Below are positions 35,555 through 45,812 of a stretch of DNA of 62,899 bases, piece by piece. This DNA comes from a virus. Taxonomy: Duplodnaviria; Caudoviricetes. The notes under the pieces are model-generated. The model had not been told where the DNA came from and made no database searches. It saw nothing but the letters and a program-made list of their open reading frames with translations. A program made the position numbers and the translations under genes. Location: IMG/VR virus record IMGVR_UViG_3300032304_001576, positions 1 to 62,899 of that record; one strand, given 5' to 3'. Position 1 is the stretch's first letter. Each line of letters opens with the position of its first letter.

Positions 35555-36052
35555 TTAGTTAAAGGTTTCTAGCCATTCAGAATAAGTATAATAATTTCCA
35601 TCTTCTGCTAAGAATTTAGTAAAATTATCTTGGTATTCTATACACCACTTTTTTAACATCTCATTAACAAATGGCTCGCGTTGATCAAGGGGAGGAGGCA
35701 TTAGAAGAACTTGATTGTAATATGCTAAATAAGATTTAATAGCGCTACCGATCCAGTACCCAATTCCATTGCTCTGAAAAAAAGAATTTACAGTTAAAGA
35801 TGTAACGTAAAATACGTTGCCATTTAATCCGGTAAACCATCCAATAGATGCAACAATAAATTCTGGATTAATGTCGTAATTATTATCAAATATAATAGAC
35901 TTATTATCGTGATCGGGATTGTTTATTAAAAAGGCTTTCTTAAAACCATTGGGCTCGTCCTTGATGTTTAACCAAGAATTTTCTACAATAGTAGGCCAAT
36001 AAGTAGTTAAAAATTCTAAATCATAAACCATTCCATTTAATTCTTCACGCAT
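35555..36052 (-). CDS. Putative GNAT-like acetyltransferase
   Basis: YVTSLTVNSFFQSNGIG resembles the acetyl-CoA-binding motif A (Q/RxxGxG). Confidence 0.5.
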   Translation of the reverse strand: MREELNGMVYDLEFLTTYWPTIVENSWLNIKDEPNGFKKAFLINNPDHDNKSIIFDNNYDINPEFIVASIGWFTGLNGNVFYVTSLTVNSFFQSNGIGYWIGSAIKSYLAYYNQVLLMPPPLDQREPFVNEMLKKWCIEYQDNFTKFLAEDGNYYTYSEWLETFN

Positions 36053-36107
36053 TATTCTTCTCCATTTATAAATAATTATACCCTTTTCATCAATATTAGT
36101 TTATAAT

Positions 36108-36965
36108 ATGAATCAAATGATTAAATATTTAGGCTCAGTCGGAGCATTTATTAGACTTAATGATAGCGAAAATAAAACCTATACCCTTTTAAATGTATAT
36201 TCCTCTTCAGCCGCACAATTATCATTATTTTCTGCAAGTGTCAACAATCTATCTGGCGCGGTCACATTTAACTCTGCCTCAACATCTTTATATGTGAATG
36301 GAGTATCTGGGTCAGTTATTCCAGGCAAACAATGGGCGCATGTCACGTTCTCTTTTAATGATAAGTTGGCCACCTATGACACCAATAATTTTTTAATTAG
36401 ATTCGGACATGCTGCATCAAGTAACTTCAACATACAAAATCTTTACATACTAGAGAACTCGTTTACTGATTCAGAGGTTGCCTACCTTCATCAAGAATTT
36501 ACAGGCGGCACGACAAATAAATTGACCGTTCCACCTTCGGCTTCATACTCTATCAACATTATTGATTACCCAGAAACTAATTTCACCTCTGCCTCTACAA
36601 ATGTAATTTATCAGCCATCATTTGGACAAAACAAATATCTTATGGATATAAGTGCGGTGGCAGAGGAAAGCCTTAGTAAATTTGTTTCTGCATCAGTAAT
36701 GACCAACGATAACTTATACATAGACTCAGTAAATGTAAGTATTGGGGATAATATTTTATCTTTAGCGGACAATCAAATATATAGGCTAACATCATCTTCA
36801 CAACTTATTACCGTTTCAAGTTCTGTAGGAGATGTTGTTAAAGTTTTATATGGACAGTATTTCAACCGAATCTCTTTCATAAAGACTGCGAGTGGGTTCA
36901 ACGTTGAGCCAATAGTGGTAAAAATTAACTCATACCTGAACACAATACAGTCAAATAATGCCTAG
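36108..36965 (+). CDS. Virion structural protein (LamG-like segment)
   Basis: LYVNG...WAHV.F; [ST]AS-rich like the other surface proteins. Confidence 0.7.
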   Translation: MNQMIKYLGSVGAFIRLNDSENKTYTLLNVYSSSAAQLSLFSASVNNLSGAVTFNSASTSLYVNGVSGSVIPGKQWAHVTFSFNDKLATYDTNNFLIRFGHAASSNFNIQNLYILENSFTDSEVAYLHQEFTGGTTNKLTVPPSASYSINIIDYPETNFTSASTNVIYQPSFGQNKYLMDISAVAEESLSKFVSASVMTNDNLYIDSVNVSIGDNILSLADNQIYRLTSSSQLITVSSSVGDVVKVLYGQYFNRISFIKTASGFNVEPIVVKINSYLNTIQSNNA

Positions 36966-36983
36966 TGTGGTATTATTTGGTAC

Positions 36984-37310
36984 ATGGGACTTCAAGTAGT
37001 AAGAGATAAAAGTAACTTCGGCATCTATGTATGGCTTCTACCAGAAGGTGGAGTATTCAAAGATGATGATGACAATGTTCTCAACATTCCATCACAGCGC
37101 GGAGATATAACAAAGATGGCTGAACTTCGTAAGGTTGCGGCCCATTATGGTCAGCCAGATGGTCAGGCGGTATTCATTCCTGGTATTGGGCGGGTAACAG
37201 AAGAGGAATATCAGGAAGATAAGTACCGCATGGAGAATGGTTTATTAAGTTACGGTGACACAGGAGCGTGGAGAGATGCAGCAAGAACCAGAAGAGACCT
37301 GGATAGATAA
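36984..37310 (+). CDS. Conserved hypothetical protein preceding the portal
   Basis: GIYVW.LP.G...D...N.LNIPS..GD...AAHYG..G.A.F.PG..R..EEEY. Confidence 0.8.
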   Translation: MGLQVVRDKSNFGIYVWLLPEGGVFKDDDDNVLNIPSQRGDITKMAELRKVAAHYGQPDGQAVFIPGIGRVTEEEYQEDKYRMENGLLSYGDTGAWRDAARTRRDLDR

Positions 37311-38877
37311 CGTCGGCCTGAGCAAGGCCATGAGTCCAGAATCATTTATTCCTGTGGACAAAGATGATTTCAGCCAGGATGCCGATTCAATTCTTAACCT
37401 AAATGGTCTATCACAAAATTTTAAAAGATCCGTTAGACGTAAATTAAACAAAAGCCTCATAACTGCAGGAGGCGAAATTGTAACAGCAGAAGATAACATG
37501 TATGCTGGCGACGACGCTACATCTAAGCAGATTATTCCAGATAAGTATGGGTACGGCATCTTTGACGTTGTAGAGCCTCTTTATAATCCTTATGCATTGG
37601 CTAAGATCTATGAACTATCTGCCCCCAACTATTCAGCAATCAATGCTAAGGTGGCAAATATTGTTGGCCTTGGATATGATTTGTTGCCTACCCTCAATGT
37701 CATGGAAAAACTTGAATCCATTTCAAGCACAGAAGAAATTGGTAGAGTGAGAAGAAATCTTGCTCGCCAGAAGCATCGTGTAATTGATTGGCTAGAAACA
37801 AGAAATGACGACGATACATTCACCATGACGTTGATGAAGGCCTACATTGATGCAGAGTCAACGGGGAATGGGTACATTGAAGTTGGAAGAAAAACAACTG
37901 GAGAAATTGGTTATATTGGACATATTCCTGCACCAACAATGAGAGTACGTCGTTTAAGAGATGGGTTTGTCCAAATTGTTAACGGTAAGGCTGTATTCTT
38001 CCGTAACTTCCAAGGTGAAGAAAAAAATCCTATTACCAACGACCCCAGGCCAAACGAAATAATTCATATCAAGAATTACACTCCAACAAATACTTATTAT
38101 GGACTACCTGCAATTGTGGCAGCAAAGAATGCAATGGCAGGAAATGAATTTGCTTCTCGCTTTAATCTAGAGTACTTTGAGAATAAGGCTGTTCCCCGCT
38201 ACATCTTTTGGCTTAAGGGTGCAAAGATGAGCCGCGCAGCAGAAGAAAGATTGTTTGAATTTTTCCAAGGTAATCTGCGCGGACAGTCCCATAGAACAGC
38301 CATTATCCCCATTCCTGGCGATACTCCAGATCATAAGGTAGAAATGAAGATGGAGCCCATTGAGACTAATATCCAGGATTCATCATTCAATAACTACAAG
38401 AAGATGAATAAGGATGAAATCCTTATGGCTCACCGTGTACCCTCCTCAAAAGTAGGATCTACAGAAGGAATTGGTTTGGCGGCGGCTAGAGAAGCAGATA
38501 GAACCTTTAAGGAACAAGTATGCAGACCAGCCCAAGATGCATTAGAAAAGAAAATCAACAAAATAATTGCTGAGAAAACTGATGCATTCAAGTTTGAGTT
38601 TAATGAACTCACCCTTACTGATGAGGAAACAAGATCTAAGATTGATGAGCGGTACCTGAGGATGCAAGTTATTGTTCCTAATGAAGTAAGAGAGCGACTT
38701 GGAATGTCCACCCTTCCTAGTGGAGACACCCCCGTTGTTCTTAATGCTCAAGCACAAGCAGAGCAAACTGCACAGTCAACAAGAAATAGAGTAAGAGATC
38801 AGCAACGTGCCTCAAATGCTCCAGATAACGATGAGTTAGGAAGAGCAACCCAAGGAGAAGGTAGGCAGCAAAATTAA
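37276..38877 (+). CDS. Portal protein
   Basis: D.ESTGNGYIE, EIIH.K, YYGLP, YFENKAVP, ILMAHRVP, PNEVRE.LG. Confidence 0.92.
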   Translation: MQQEPEETWIDNVGLSKAMSPESFIPVDKDDFSQDADSILNLNGLSQNFKRSVRRKLNKSLITAGGEIVTAEDNMYAGDDATSKQIIPDKYGYGIFDVVEPLYNPYALAKIYELSAPNYSAINAKVANIVGLGYDLLPTLNVMEKLESISSTEEIGRVRRNLARQKHRVIDWLETRNDDDTFTMTLMKAYIDAESTGNGYIEVGRKTTGEIGYIGHIPAPTMRVRRLRDGFVQIVNGKAVFFRNFQGEEKNPITNDPRPNEIIHIKNYTPTNTYYGLPAIVAAKNAMAGNEFASRFNLEYFENKAVPRYIFWLKGAKMSRAAEERLFEFFQGNLRGQSHRTAIIPIPGDTPDHKVEMKMEPIETNIQDSSFNNYKKMNKDEILMAHRVPSSKVGSTEGIGLAAAREADRTFKEQVCRPAQDALEKKINKIIAEKTDAFKFEFNELTLTDEETRSKIDERYLRMQVIVPNEVRERLGMSTLPSGDTPVVLNAQAQAEQTAQSTRNRVRDQQRASNAPDNDELGRATQGEGRQQN

Positions 38878-38907
38878 TAAACTTAGATATAATATAATTT
38901 AATTGTT

Positions 38908-41139
38908 ATGATTATTAATAAAGCACACTTCGATGTAGATGGAGACAGTCTCCGTCTTACTATGCCTATTGCTAAAATAGATGAAGAACGTAGAGTAGTT
39001 AGCGGATTCGCCACCCTTGACAACATAGATCGTCAAGGGGACATTCTTTTATCAGAAGCATCAAGAAAAGCCTTTGAAAACTTTAGAGGAAATGTCCGAT
39101 TGATGCATCAGCCAATTCCTGCTGGAAAAGTTATTTCCTTCCGTGAGAATTCTTTCTATGATCAAGAAACTGGAAAAACATACAGCGGCATATTCGTTGA
39201 CGCATACATCTCTAAAGGTGCAGAAAATATTTGGCAAATGGTTCTAGATGGTACCCTTACAGGTTTTTCAATCGGTGGCAGAATTGTAGATTTTGAAAAT
39301 AAGATGGACGATCAAGATGCTGATCGTGGCGCAGTAAGGGTTGTAAAAGAATATGAACTTATGGAACTCTCCTTAGTTGATAGCCCAGCCAATCAATTCG
39401 CTAACATCTTCTCTATTCAAAAATTAGGTGACGAAATCGTTACATCTGGAATTGCAACAGAATTTTCTACAGAAAATGTTTTTTGGTGCGCCTCAGACAA
39501 GATTGCTCTGACAGAAAAATCTGACTCTGCAGACTGCCCAGTTTGCCAAAACTCTATGAATGAAATCGGTTGGGTAGAATCAACGGATGTAAAGAAGAAT
39601 GAAGAGGTTGGAAGACTTGTGGATGGCTTTATTTCAAAGGCAGACTCAGTAAGAGTAGGAGATTTTGTATCATGGGGTTCAAGCGGTGGAACGGCTAGAG
39701 GAAAGGTAGAAAGAGTTGTACGATCAGGCTCTATTGATGTTCCTGGCTCAGACTTTACCATTAACGCAGAAGAAGGAAATCCTGCTGTTTTAATTAGAGT
39801 TTATCGTAAGGGTGCCGATGGCTGGGCTCCTTCAGATACAAGGGTTGGTCACAAAATGAGTACTCTTAGAAGAATCTCTGCCCTAAGCGCTAAGATGCAC
39901 GATGAAGACATGGAGGATGAGGATCTAGAAAAAGAAACAATAACTAGTGAAAATACTCCTGCTCGTAATGCACAGCAAGGTTTACCTGGAGGCATTCCAA
40001 AGTCTCCACGAAAGAAAAAGCGTATGTATCGCAAAGATGAGGGTATGGTTAAGTCTGGCGATTATGTAGTATTCTCAGACAAAGGGAAACTTTCTAAGGG
40101 TCGTGTGGATGTTATTGACACAGAGAAAGCGGCGGTTAGAATTTACAAAGAAGTGGCAGATAATAAGTTCCAACCAACCAATAACATCATCACTAAAAAT
40201 ATTACAGACTTAACAAAAATTAAGGTTGCAAGCAAAGAAGCATTAGAGAAGTCATTATCAAATGAAGATATTGATCATTTAAATACCTTAATTTCTCAGC
40301 ATAATGAAAAATATGGTAATGTTGATTCTAAGAATGTCTCATTCGACACGCTGCGTAAGGTTTTTGAGCGCGGCGTAACAGCATTTAAGGCTAACCCAGA
40401 GATGCAAAAGTCAGATGAGTATTCTCCTGAGCAATGGGCGTATGCAAGAGTTAATGGATTCTTGCAGGCGGTAAGATCAGGAAAATTCAACAACAGACCA
40501 TATGACACAGATTTGTTGCCAAAGGGTCACCCATTGTCAACGAAAAAGTCAGATAATTCAGAGGAAAATGAACTGGCTTTACAAAAACGAGAAGGAGGTG
40601 TTGAAATGGCTGACAATAATACAAGCCATGAAGAACTTGACACCGCCGAGGCAACAGACGAGACTTCTGAGGAAGTAACGTTTGAAGTAGAAGAAACTGT
40701 AGAGGACGTAGTTACGGAAGCGCTTGCAATGGCTAAGTCCGATGGTGTTGAGGCTGAAGTTGCCGATGATACCACCTCTGAAGTTTTTGACATGGAAAAG
40801 GCCCTTGGCGAGGTTAAGTCCTTCGTAGAAGAGACAATTACTAAGTCCATTGAAACTAATACCGAATCACTTGAAAAGTTCTCCAACGCAGTAGTCGAAC
40901 TTGCTAAGGCAGTTGACGAAAAGATTGGTCAACTTCAATCAAAGTATGAAGAGGTTACCAAAAGTTTAGCCGATCTTAATTCTGCTGCTGTAGAAATCGC
41001 TAACCGCGTAGAATCAGTAGAAGAAGAAACGGCAATTAAGAAGTCTGGTGAACTGGAATCCAGTATCCCAGAGCAACCCATAATGAAGAAATCAGTATGG
41101 GGCGGACGCTTCCTCAGTTCCGCAGAAGTATTTAACTAA
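38908..41139 (+). CDS. HK97-type prohead protease with inserted domains fused to a C-terminal scaffolding coiled coil
   Basis: D.QGD, MHQ, GFSIGG, ELSLVDSPAN; acidic coiled-coil C-terminus ending KSVWGGRF. Confidence 0.88.
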   Translation: MIINKAHFDVDGDSLRLTMPIAKIDEERRVVSGFATLDNIDRQGDILLSEASRKAFENFRGNVRLMHQPIPAGKVISFRENSFYDQETGKTYSGIFVDAYISKGAENIWQMVLDGTLTGFSIGGRIVDFENKMDDQDADRGAVRVVKEYELMELSLVDSPANQFANIFSIQKLGDEIVTSGIATEFSTENVFWCASDKIALTEKSDSADCPVCQNSMNEIGWVESTDVKKNEEVGRLVDGFISKADSVRVGDFVSWGSSGGTARGKVERVVRSGSIDVPGSDFTINAEEGNPAVLIRVYRKGADGWAPSDTRVGHKMSTLRRISALSAKMHDEDMEDEDLEKETITSENTPARNAQQGLPGGIPKSPRKKKRMYRKDEGMVKSGDYVVFSDKGKLSKGRVDVIDTEKAAVRIYKEVADNKFQPTNNIITKNITDLTKIKVASKEALEKSLSNEDIDHLNTLISQHNEKYGNVDSKNVSFDTLRKVFERGVTAFKANPEMQKSDEYSPEQWAYARVNGFLQAVRSGKFNNRPYDTDLLPKGHPLSTKKSDNSEENELALQKREGGVEMADNNTSHEELDTAEATDETSEEVTFEVEETVEDVVTEALAMAKSDGVEAEVADDTTSEVFDMEKALGEVKSFVEETITKSIETNTESLEKFSNAVVELAKAVDEKIGQLQSKYEEVTKSLADLNSAAVEIANRVESVEEETAIKKSGELESSIPEQPIMKKSVWGGRFLSSAEVFN

Positions 41140-41171
41140 TTAATTAAAGAAAGAGAGGTGCAAAGAAAAGC

Positions 41172-42290
41172 ATGAGTGACGCAATTAATAAGGCCGCTGC
41201 CGCAGTAAATGTTGGTACAGGTGCAATCATCTCAGATCTCGCTTCAAGCGGTGATATGGAGAACTTGACAAGCAACCCACTAACACAAAATGGTGGCGTC
41301 CTACTTCCAGAACAATCCCGTCGATTCCTAGACTATGTGTTTGACCAAATGGTCCTAGGTAACGATGGTCGTAGACAAGTCATGCGTTCAAATACCGCTG
41401 AATTCGATAAGATTCAGGTCGGTACACGCTTGATCCGTAAAGCATCACAGGCAAGTGATAACATCTTTGATGCTGCTGCAGGCGAAACAGACTACGCTAA
41501 CCGTGGCGCACAATTCACCAAGGTTGAAATTGTCACTACTAAGTTCCGCTTGGATTACGAACTCTCAACTGAGGCACTTGAGGATAACATTGAAGGTACT
41601 GCTCTTGAAGATCACATCGTACGCCTAATGGCTAACCAATTCGGTAATGATCTTGAAGATATCGCCATCAATGGTCTCGCTGCTCAGGGTACTGCATCAT
41701 ACGCTGGTACAACTTACCCATACACAATCGATGGGTTCGTTAAACTCGCTGATGGCGCTGCTGGTGGTACTCACTTCGGTACCGCTGCAACCCTTACCAC
41801 AGCATCAACATTCTTCACCGCTGCTACTACAGCAGGTCAGGTAAAGAGTGGTTCCGCAATCGCCTTCTTTGAGCAACTTTACAACGCATTGCCCCGTAAG
41901 TTCAAGGCTCGTCGTCAAGAGTTGAAGTTCTATGCTTCAACAAAGAACGTACAAACCCTTCTTACGGATCTCCGCGCAATTGGTTCAGGTGGCGTTCCTG
42001 AGGATATCGCTTCTGGTATCCTTCGTGGTTCACAGCCTCGCGTCGGTGGTCCTGCTGGTATGACAACCTCCATCTTCGGTATTCCCGTGATGGAAGTTCC
42101 ACTATACCCAGATCACTACGTTGACCTTACGTTCCCACAGAACAGAATCTGGGGCTTCCAGAGAGATGTTACTGTACACCGTGAGTTCCAGCCAAAGAAA
42201 GACACCGTAGAGTACACAGTTTACGTCCGCATGGGTCTTAACATTGAGGAACTTTCCGCAATGGCTAAGGCTAACGCCGTAACTGGCTGA
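41172..42290 (+). CDS. Major capsid protein (HK97 fold)
   Basis: GGVLLPEQ, LEDNIEG, GNDLED.AING, NRIWGFQRD; follows protease/scaffold; terminator downstream. Confidence 0.92.
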   Translation: MSDAINKAAAAVNVGTGAIISDLASSGDMENLTSNPLTQNGGVLLPEQSRRFLDYVFDQMVLGNDGRRQVMRSNTAEFDKIQVGTRLIRKASQASDNIFDAAAGETDYANRGAQFTKVEIVTTKFRLDYELSTEALEDNIEGTALEDHIVRLMANQFGNDLEDIAINGLAAQGTASYAGTTYPYTIDGFVKLADGAAGGTHFGTAATLTTASTFFTAATTAGQVKSGSAIAFFEQLYNALPRKFKARRQELKFYASTKNVQTLLTDLRAIGSGGVPEDIASGILRGSQPRVGGPAGMTTSIFGIPVMEVPLYPDHYVDLTFPQNRIWGFQRDVTVHREFQPKKDTVEYTVYVRMGLNIEELSAMAKANAVTG

Positions 42291-42310
42291 TAATTTAATA
42301 GTTGTTGGGT

Positions 42311-42340
42311 AGGGGGCCGCATACGCGGCCCCCTTTCCAT
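42311..42340 (+). terminator. Terminator hairpin after the capsid gene
   Basis: AGGGGGCCGC-ATAC-GCGGCCCCCT followed by a short T tract. Confidence 0.75.
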
Positions 42341-42388
42341 ATTCCAAAATATAGTAAAATATAAATAATTAAATCATGGCGGTGCTGA

Positions 42389-43294
42389 ATGCTTGAATAT
42401 TTAAGAAAAGATAACTCTCCGTTAACAATATCTTATACGGCGAGTTCATACGCTACTAATGTGTATTTTGAAGCCTATGATTTGGATACAGAAGAGTTTA
42501 TCCAAAGTGGAGCGGCGACAACTAGTGGGTCATCCATTTATTCAATTACTTTTACAGCAGACTCAACAGCATACGATAGAAATATCAAATTAGAAATAAT
42601 CACAACAAGTTCTGCTAATGCCTACAATGAAATACAAAATGTTTCCTTGATAAGACCTTATGCGTCAGTAAGTAGAATTGAATCTCTGGCTACTATCCCT
42701 CCTAACACAGCATCATCTACATTACTTAAATTAGAACGCAGGGCACGACTAAGCCTCAACGCATTTATTGGACATAGTTTTTATAAACTTAAAAAAGATA
42801 TGACTGTATATGGTAACAACACAGATATTCTTACACTTCCAGAAAATCTTTACAGAATAGATAAAGTTTATGAAGACGATTTATTAGTATATGAAAGAGA
42901 TAATACAGAAATTCAATTAGAGCATCCAATAGAAATTGCCGACTCACGAAATAGAATTAAGATTGTTAACACTTCATCTAAGAGTAAAGACACGGCAGAA
43001 TCACCTATATTTTCAGTATTCTATTATCAAGGTGTATTTAAAAAAGATCATGCCTACAGAATAGATGGGATATGGGGTTGGGACTATATTCCAGCCGATA
43101 TTGAGCAGGCGACGGCATTACTAGTAGAAGATTATTTATGCAATGATTTCAATATCAGGAACAAAAATATTGCAGAACTATCCAACGACTCATATGATAT
43201 TAAATATGGCTCAGATTTCGCCACAGGAACAGGAAACCTTGCTGTAGACAATCTTATTGCTCACTATAAAGAGCCTAGATATTTGGTGATTTAA
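42389..43294 (+). CDS. Head-tail connector/adaptor protein
   Basis: Position; G.WGW.YIPADIEQAT..LV, TGN..VD.L..Y. Confidence 0.75.
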   Translation: MLEYLRKDNSPLTISYTASSYATNVYFEAYDLDTEEFIQSGAATTSGSSIYSITFTADSTAYDRNIKLEIITTSSANAYNEIQNVSLIRPYASVSRIESLATIPPNTASSTLLKLERRARLSLNAFIGHSFYKLKKDMTVYGNNTDILTLPENLYRIDKVYEDDLLVYERDNTEIQLEHPIEIADSRNRIKIVNTSSKSKDTAESPIFSVFYYQGVFKKDHAYRIDGIWGWDYIPADIEQATALLVEDYLCNDFNIRNKNIAELSNDSYDIKYGSDFATGTGNLAVDNLIAHYKEPRYLVI

Positions 43295-43737
43295 TGTCTG
43301 GGTGCATTAGTTCTACATCATATACGATGAAAGCCGATATTTATTCTGCCTCTGTTACTCAAGGGGCGGCTGGTGAAGTAATAAGAACTTGGGTCAAGGA
43401 AGAAACTATAGATTGTTACGCAAGAGGAATTCTCCGTAAGGGTGTTGGAGAAAACTCAACGGCGTTTGAAATTAATAATTATGTAAATATTCTTAACTCT
43501 ATGGTCAAGGTAAGGGCTAATAAAATTATTGCTGCAGATAAAAGAATAGCAAATATTAGAAACGACTATGAAATTATTTATAAGGAAGGTCAAGACCCAG
43601 CAACTGCTGGTGGCATTGGTGGGTCAACCATTTTTGAACCTAGAGGTAGCACCCCTATAACTAATTTTGATGGATCAATTATAGAATACGAAACTGTTCT
43701 TATGCGGCAAGAAATTCAAAGACTGGGTATTGTTTAA
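43294..43737 (+). CDS. Head-to-tail stopper-like protein
   Basis: Position; Q...GEV.R.W....TI.C.A. Confidence 0.65.
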   Translation: MSGCISSTSYTMKADIYSASVTQGAAGEVIRTWVKEETIDCYARGILRKGVGENSTAFEINNYVNILNSMVKVRANKIIAADKRIANIRNDYEIIYKEGQDPATAGGIGGSTIFEPRGSTPITNFDGSIIEYETVLMRQEIQRLGIV

Positions 43738-44441
43738 TGGCAACTAAAGTTTTTAATACAGATAAATTTTCTGAAAAAGTGATAGCCTTATCAATGTACG
43801 ATAGTACGCTTTTAACAGATTTATATTTAAATCCATTTAACGCTCAAAAAATTAATCGTGGGGCAGCCTTTCTTATTAAAAATTATTTTGAAGAATATAT
43901 GGATGCAAAGTCTAAACAAAATCCTCAGTCATATCATCATGTTTATGAGTTTGATAACATAGGAAATAGATCTTCTAGATTATTTAAAGCAAATATTAAT
44001 AGTACGCCAGATGGAAGCGCTACAATAACTTATTCATTCACTAACGCTAAATTACCTAATAGAGAAGGATACCCTTTTCCTAATAAAGCAGAGGTAATGG
44101 AGGCTGGAAACCCAATTACAATAACTCCGAAAAAATCAGAATATTTACAGTTTATGTTAGAGGATGGAAAGTTTGTTAAAAGTAAAAAGGTAGTTGTTAA
44201 TAATCCTGGTGGCCCAGGGGTAGCAAAAAGTTTTGAAACTACTCTAAATAGATTTATGTCATCTCAAGCACAAGTTGTTTTAACAAAAGCAAGGTATTTT
44301 GAAAGAATAGAAGATGCTGTGGTTGTAAAAAGAACCATTATGATTCCTAGAATAAATTCTGGATTAGTCTCAGATGCTATACAGCGTGCTAAAATAGATG
44401 CAGATCAAATAACTGCAGGCTTAGGAGCATTATATGCCTAG
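43737..44441 (+). CDS. Putative neck/tail completion protein
   Basis: Position; HHVYE, RLF, F.NKA.VME.G..ITI.PK. Confidence 0.6.
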   Translation: MATKVFNTDKFSEKVIALSMYDSTLLTDLYLNPFNAQKINRGAAFLIKNYFEEYMDAKSKQNPQSYHHVYEFDNIGNRSSRLFKANINSTPDGSATITYSFTNAKLPNREGYPFPNKAEVMEAGNPITITPKKSEYLQFMLEDGKFVKSKKVVVNNPGGPGVAKSFETTLNRFMSSQAQVVLTKARYFERIEDAVVVKRTIMIPRINSGLVSDAIQRAKIDADQITAGLGALYA

Positions 44442-44928
44442 TTACACAGAACTTCCAATAGTTCTTATTAATAATTATTTGTGGGCTCTTGCCCGTGGAA
44501 ATGTTGCGGGTCAACCAGCGGTTGCCAGCGCTGTATGGAATACAGCCTCATATACCTTCACACCATTCTATCCCGTAAGTGAAAACCTTGCTCCAGACTC
44601 TGAACCGATTCCATATATTTTATACGATTACATATTTCTTCCAAAGCCAGGAACATTTTGGCCTATGCAAAAAGAAGAAGCAGACTACATAATAGTAGGC
44701 GATTTACCTCAAATTTATTATATAAAAAACTATATTGTAGAGGCTTTGGAAAAGTTTGATGAAAGTGCGCGGGAAGTAAATAACCATCTTCTTACCGCTT
44801 CAGTATCTACTAATTTTAAATACATAACGGTAGACCAAGAAAACTATATTGCGGAAGAAAAAAGAATTGGTAGTTTTGCCCCTAAGTTCATCACATGTCT
44901 TAAATTAACTTATGAATATACTAAATAA
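44434..44928 (+). CDS. Putative tail terminator
   Basis: Position immediately before the tail tube gene; PYILYD. Confidence 0.6.
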   Translation: MPSYTELPIVLINNYLWALARGNVAGQPAVASAVWNTASYTFTPFYPVSENLAPDSEPIPYILYDYIFLPKPGTFWPMQKEEADYIIVGDLPQIYYIKNYIVEALEKFDESAREVNNHLLTASVSTNFKYITVDQENYIAEEKRIGSFAPKFITCLKLTYEYTK

Positions 44929-44996
44929 ACCCAGATATGATAACATATCTATGAGGAAGCGTAATACAATATCGCTTCAAGGAGGTGAAAAAATAA

Positions 44997-45755
44997 ATGG
45001 CCAGAGACTTTAATGCAAAGAATATTATTACAGGCGCAGCAACCGTATATGTCGGCAAGGACGGTGTAGAGAATAACAGAATCAATGTTTCATCTGCTAC
45101 TGCAACCGCACAAGATCCAGGTAACGTTACCACAGTTACTGACGGTGAATGGTACCACCTAGGTTACACAATGGAAGGCGTCACGCTCAACATTGAACCA
45201 ACCTTCAATGACGTTATGGTTGATCAGTTGCTTGACACAGCAAGACTGTTCAAGACTCAACAAAGAGTTACTGTCGCTACATCACTTACAGAGGCTACGC
45301 TAGAAAATCTTTATGTTGCTATTGGTGGCGCTTCAACTGACTACCAAACTGCTTCCGCAGGCGCATCATATAACCAAATCACCGCAGCAGACGGCTCTGC
45401 AAGCGCCCTAGGTGCAGCAGGTGCTAGTGCAGTTTTCGTTAGTGGTTCCGCTAATGCACAGGTTCAGAATCTACTTCATCTTAATGGTGGTTCACTTGGT
45501 ATTGCTCCTGTGGAGCGTTCCATGTGTTTCGTTGGTTCTGCACCCACCTCAGTCGCTGAATCAGGTGGTGCAAACAAGAGAGCAGAAAGAATCTACACGG
45601 TTTACCGCGCTGTTTCTGTTGAAGCAGTTGGTGTTGGTGTTCGTCGTGACGACGCCACAGTATTCCCTGTTAACTTCCGCGTTCTACCCTCTACCTCTAA
45701 CGAGGCACCTGACGGCAACGCCGCATACGGCAAGATTGTTGACCGTATCTTCTAA
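44997..45755 (+). CDS. Major tail tube protein
   Basis: NII.GAA, LGYT.EG, VDQLLD, L.EATLENL, T.FPV.FR.LP, YGKIVDR; AAGGAGGTG RBS. Confidence 0.85.
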   Translation: MARDFNAKNIITGAATVYVGKDGVENNRINVSSATATAQDPGNVTTVTDGEWYHLGYTMEGVTLNIEPTFNDVMVDQLLDTARLFKTQQRVTVATSLTEATLENLYVAIGGASTDYQTASAGASYNQITAADGSASALGAAGASAVFVSGSANAQVQNLLHLNGGSLGIAPVERSMCFVGSAPTSVAESGGANKRAERIYTVYRAVSVEAVGVGVRRDDATVFPVNFRVLPSTSNEAPDGNAAYGKIVDRIF

Positions 45756-45771
45756 TAATTCAACATAGTTT

Positions 45772-45812
45772 ATGATAAAGGCGCAGTATTTTACTGCGTC
45801 TTTATCATTTAT
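45772..45812 (+). terminator. Long hairpin/terminator after the tail tube gene
   Basis: ATGATAAAGGCGCAGTA/TACTGCGTCTTTATCAT inverted repeat. Confidence 0.65.

Noticed and set aside
36984-38877. Terminase gene upstream of the portal
   Set aside because: No ORF with terminase ATPase or nuclease motifs in the window; presumably encoded elsewhere
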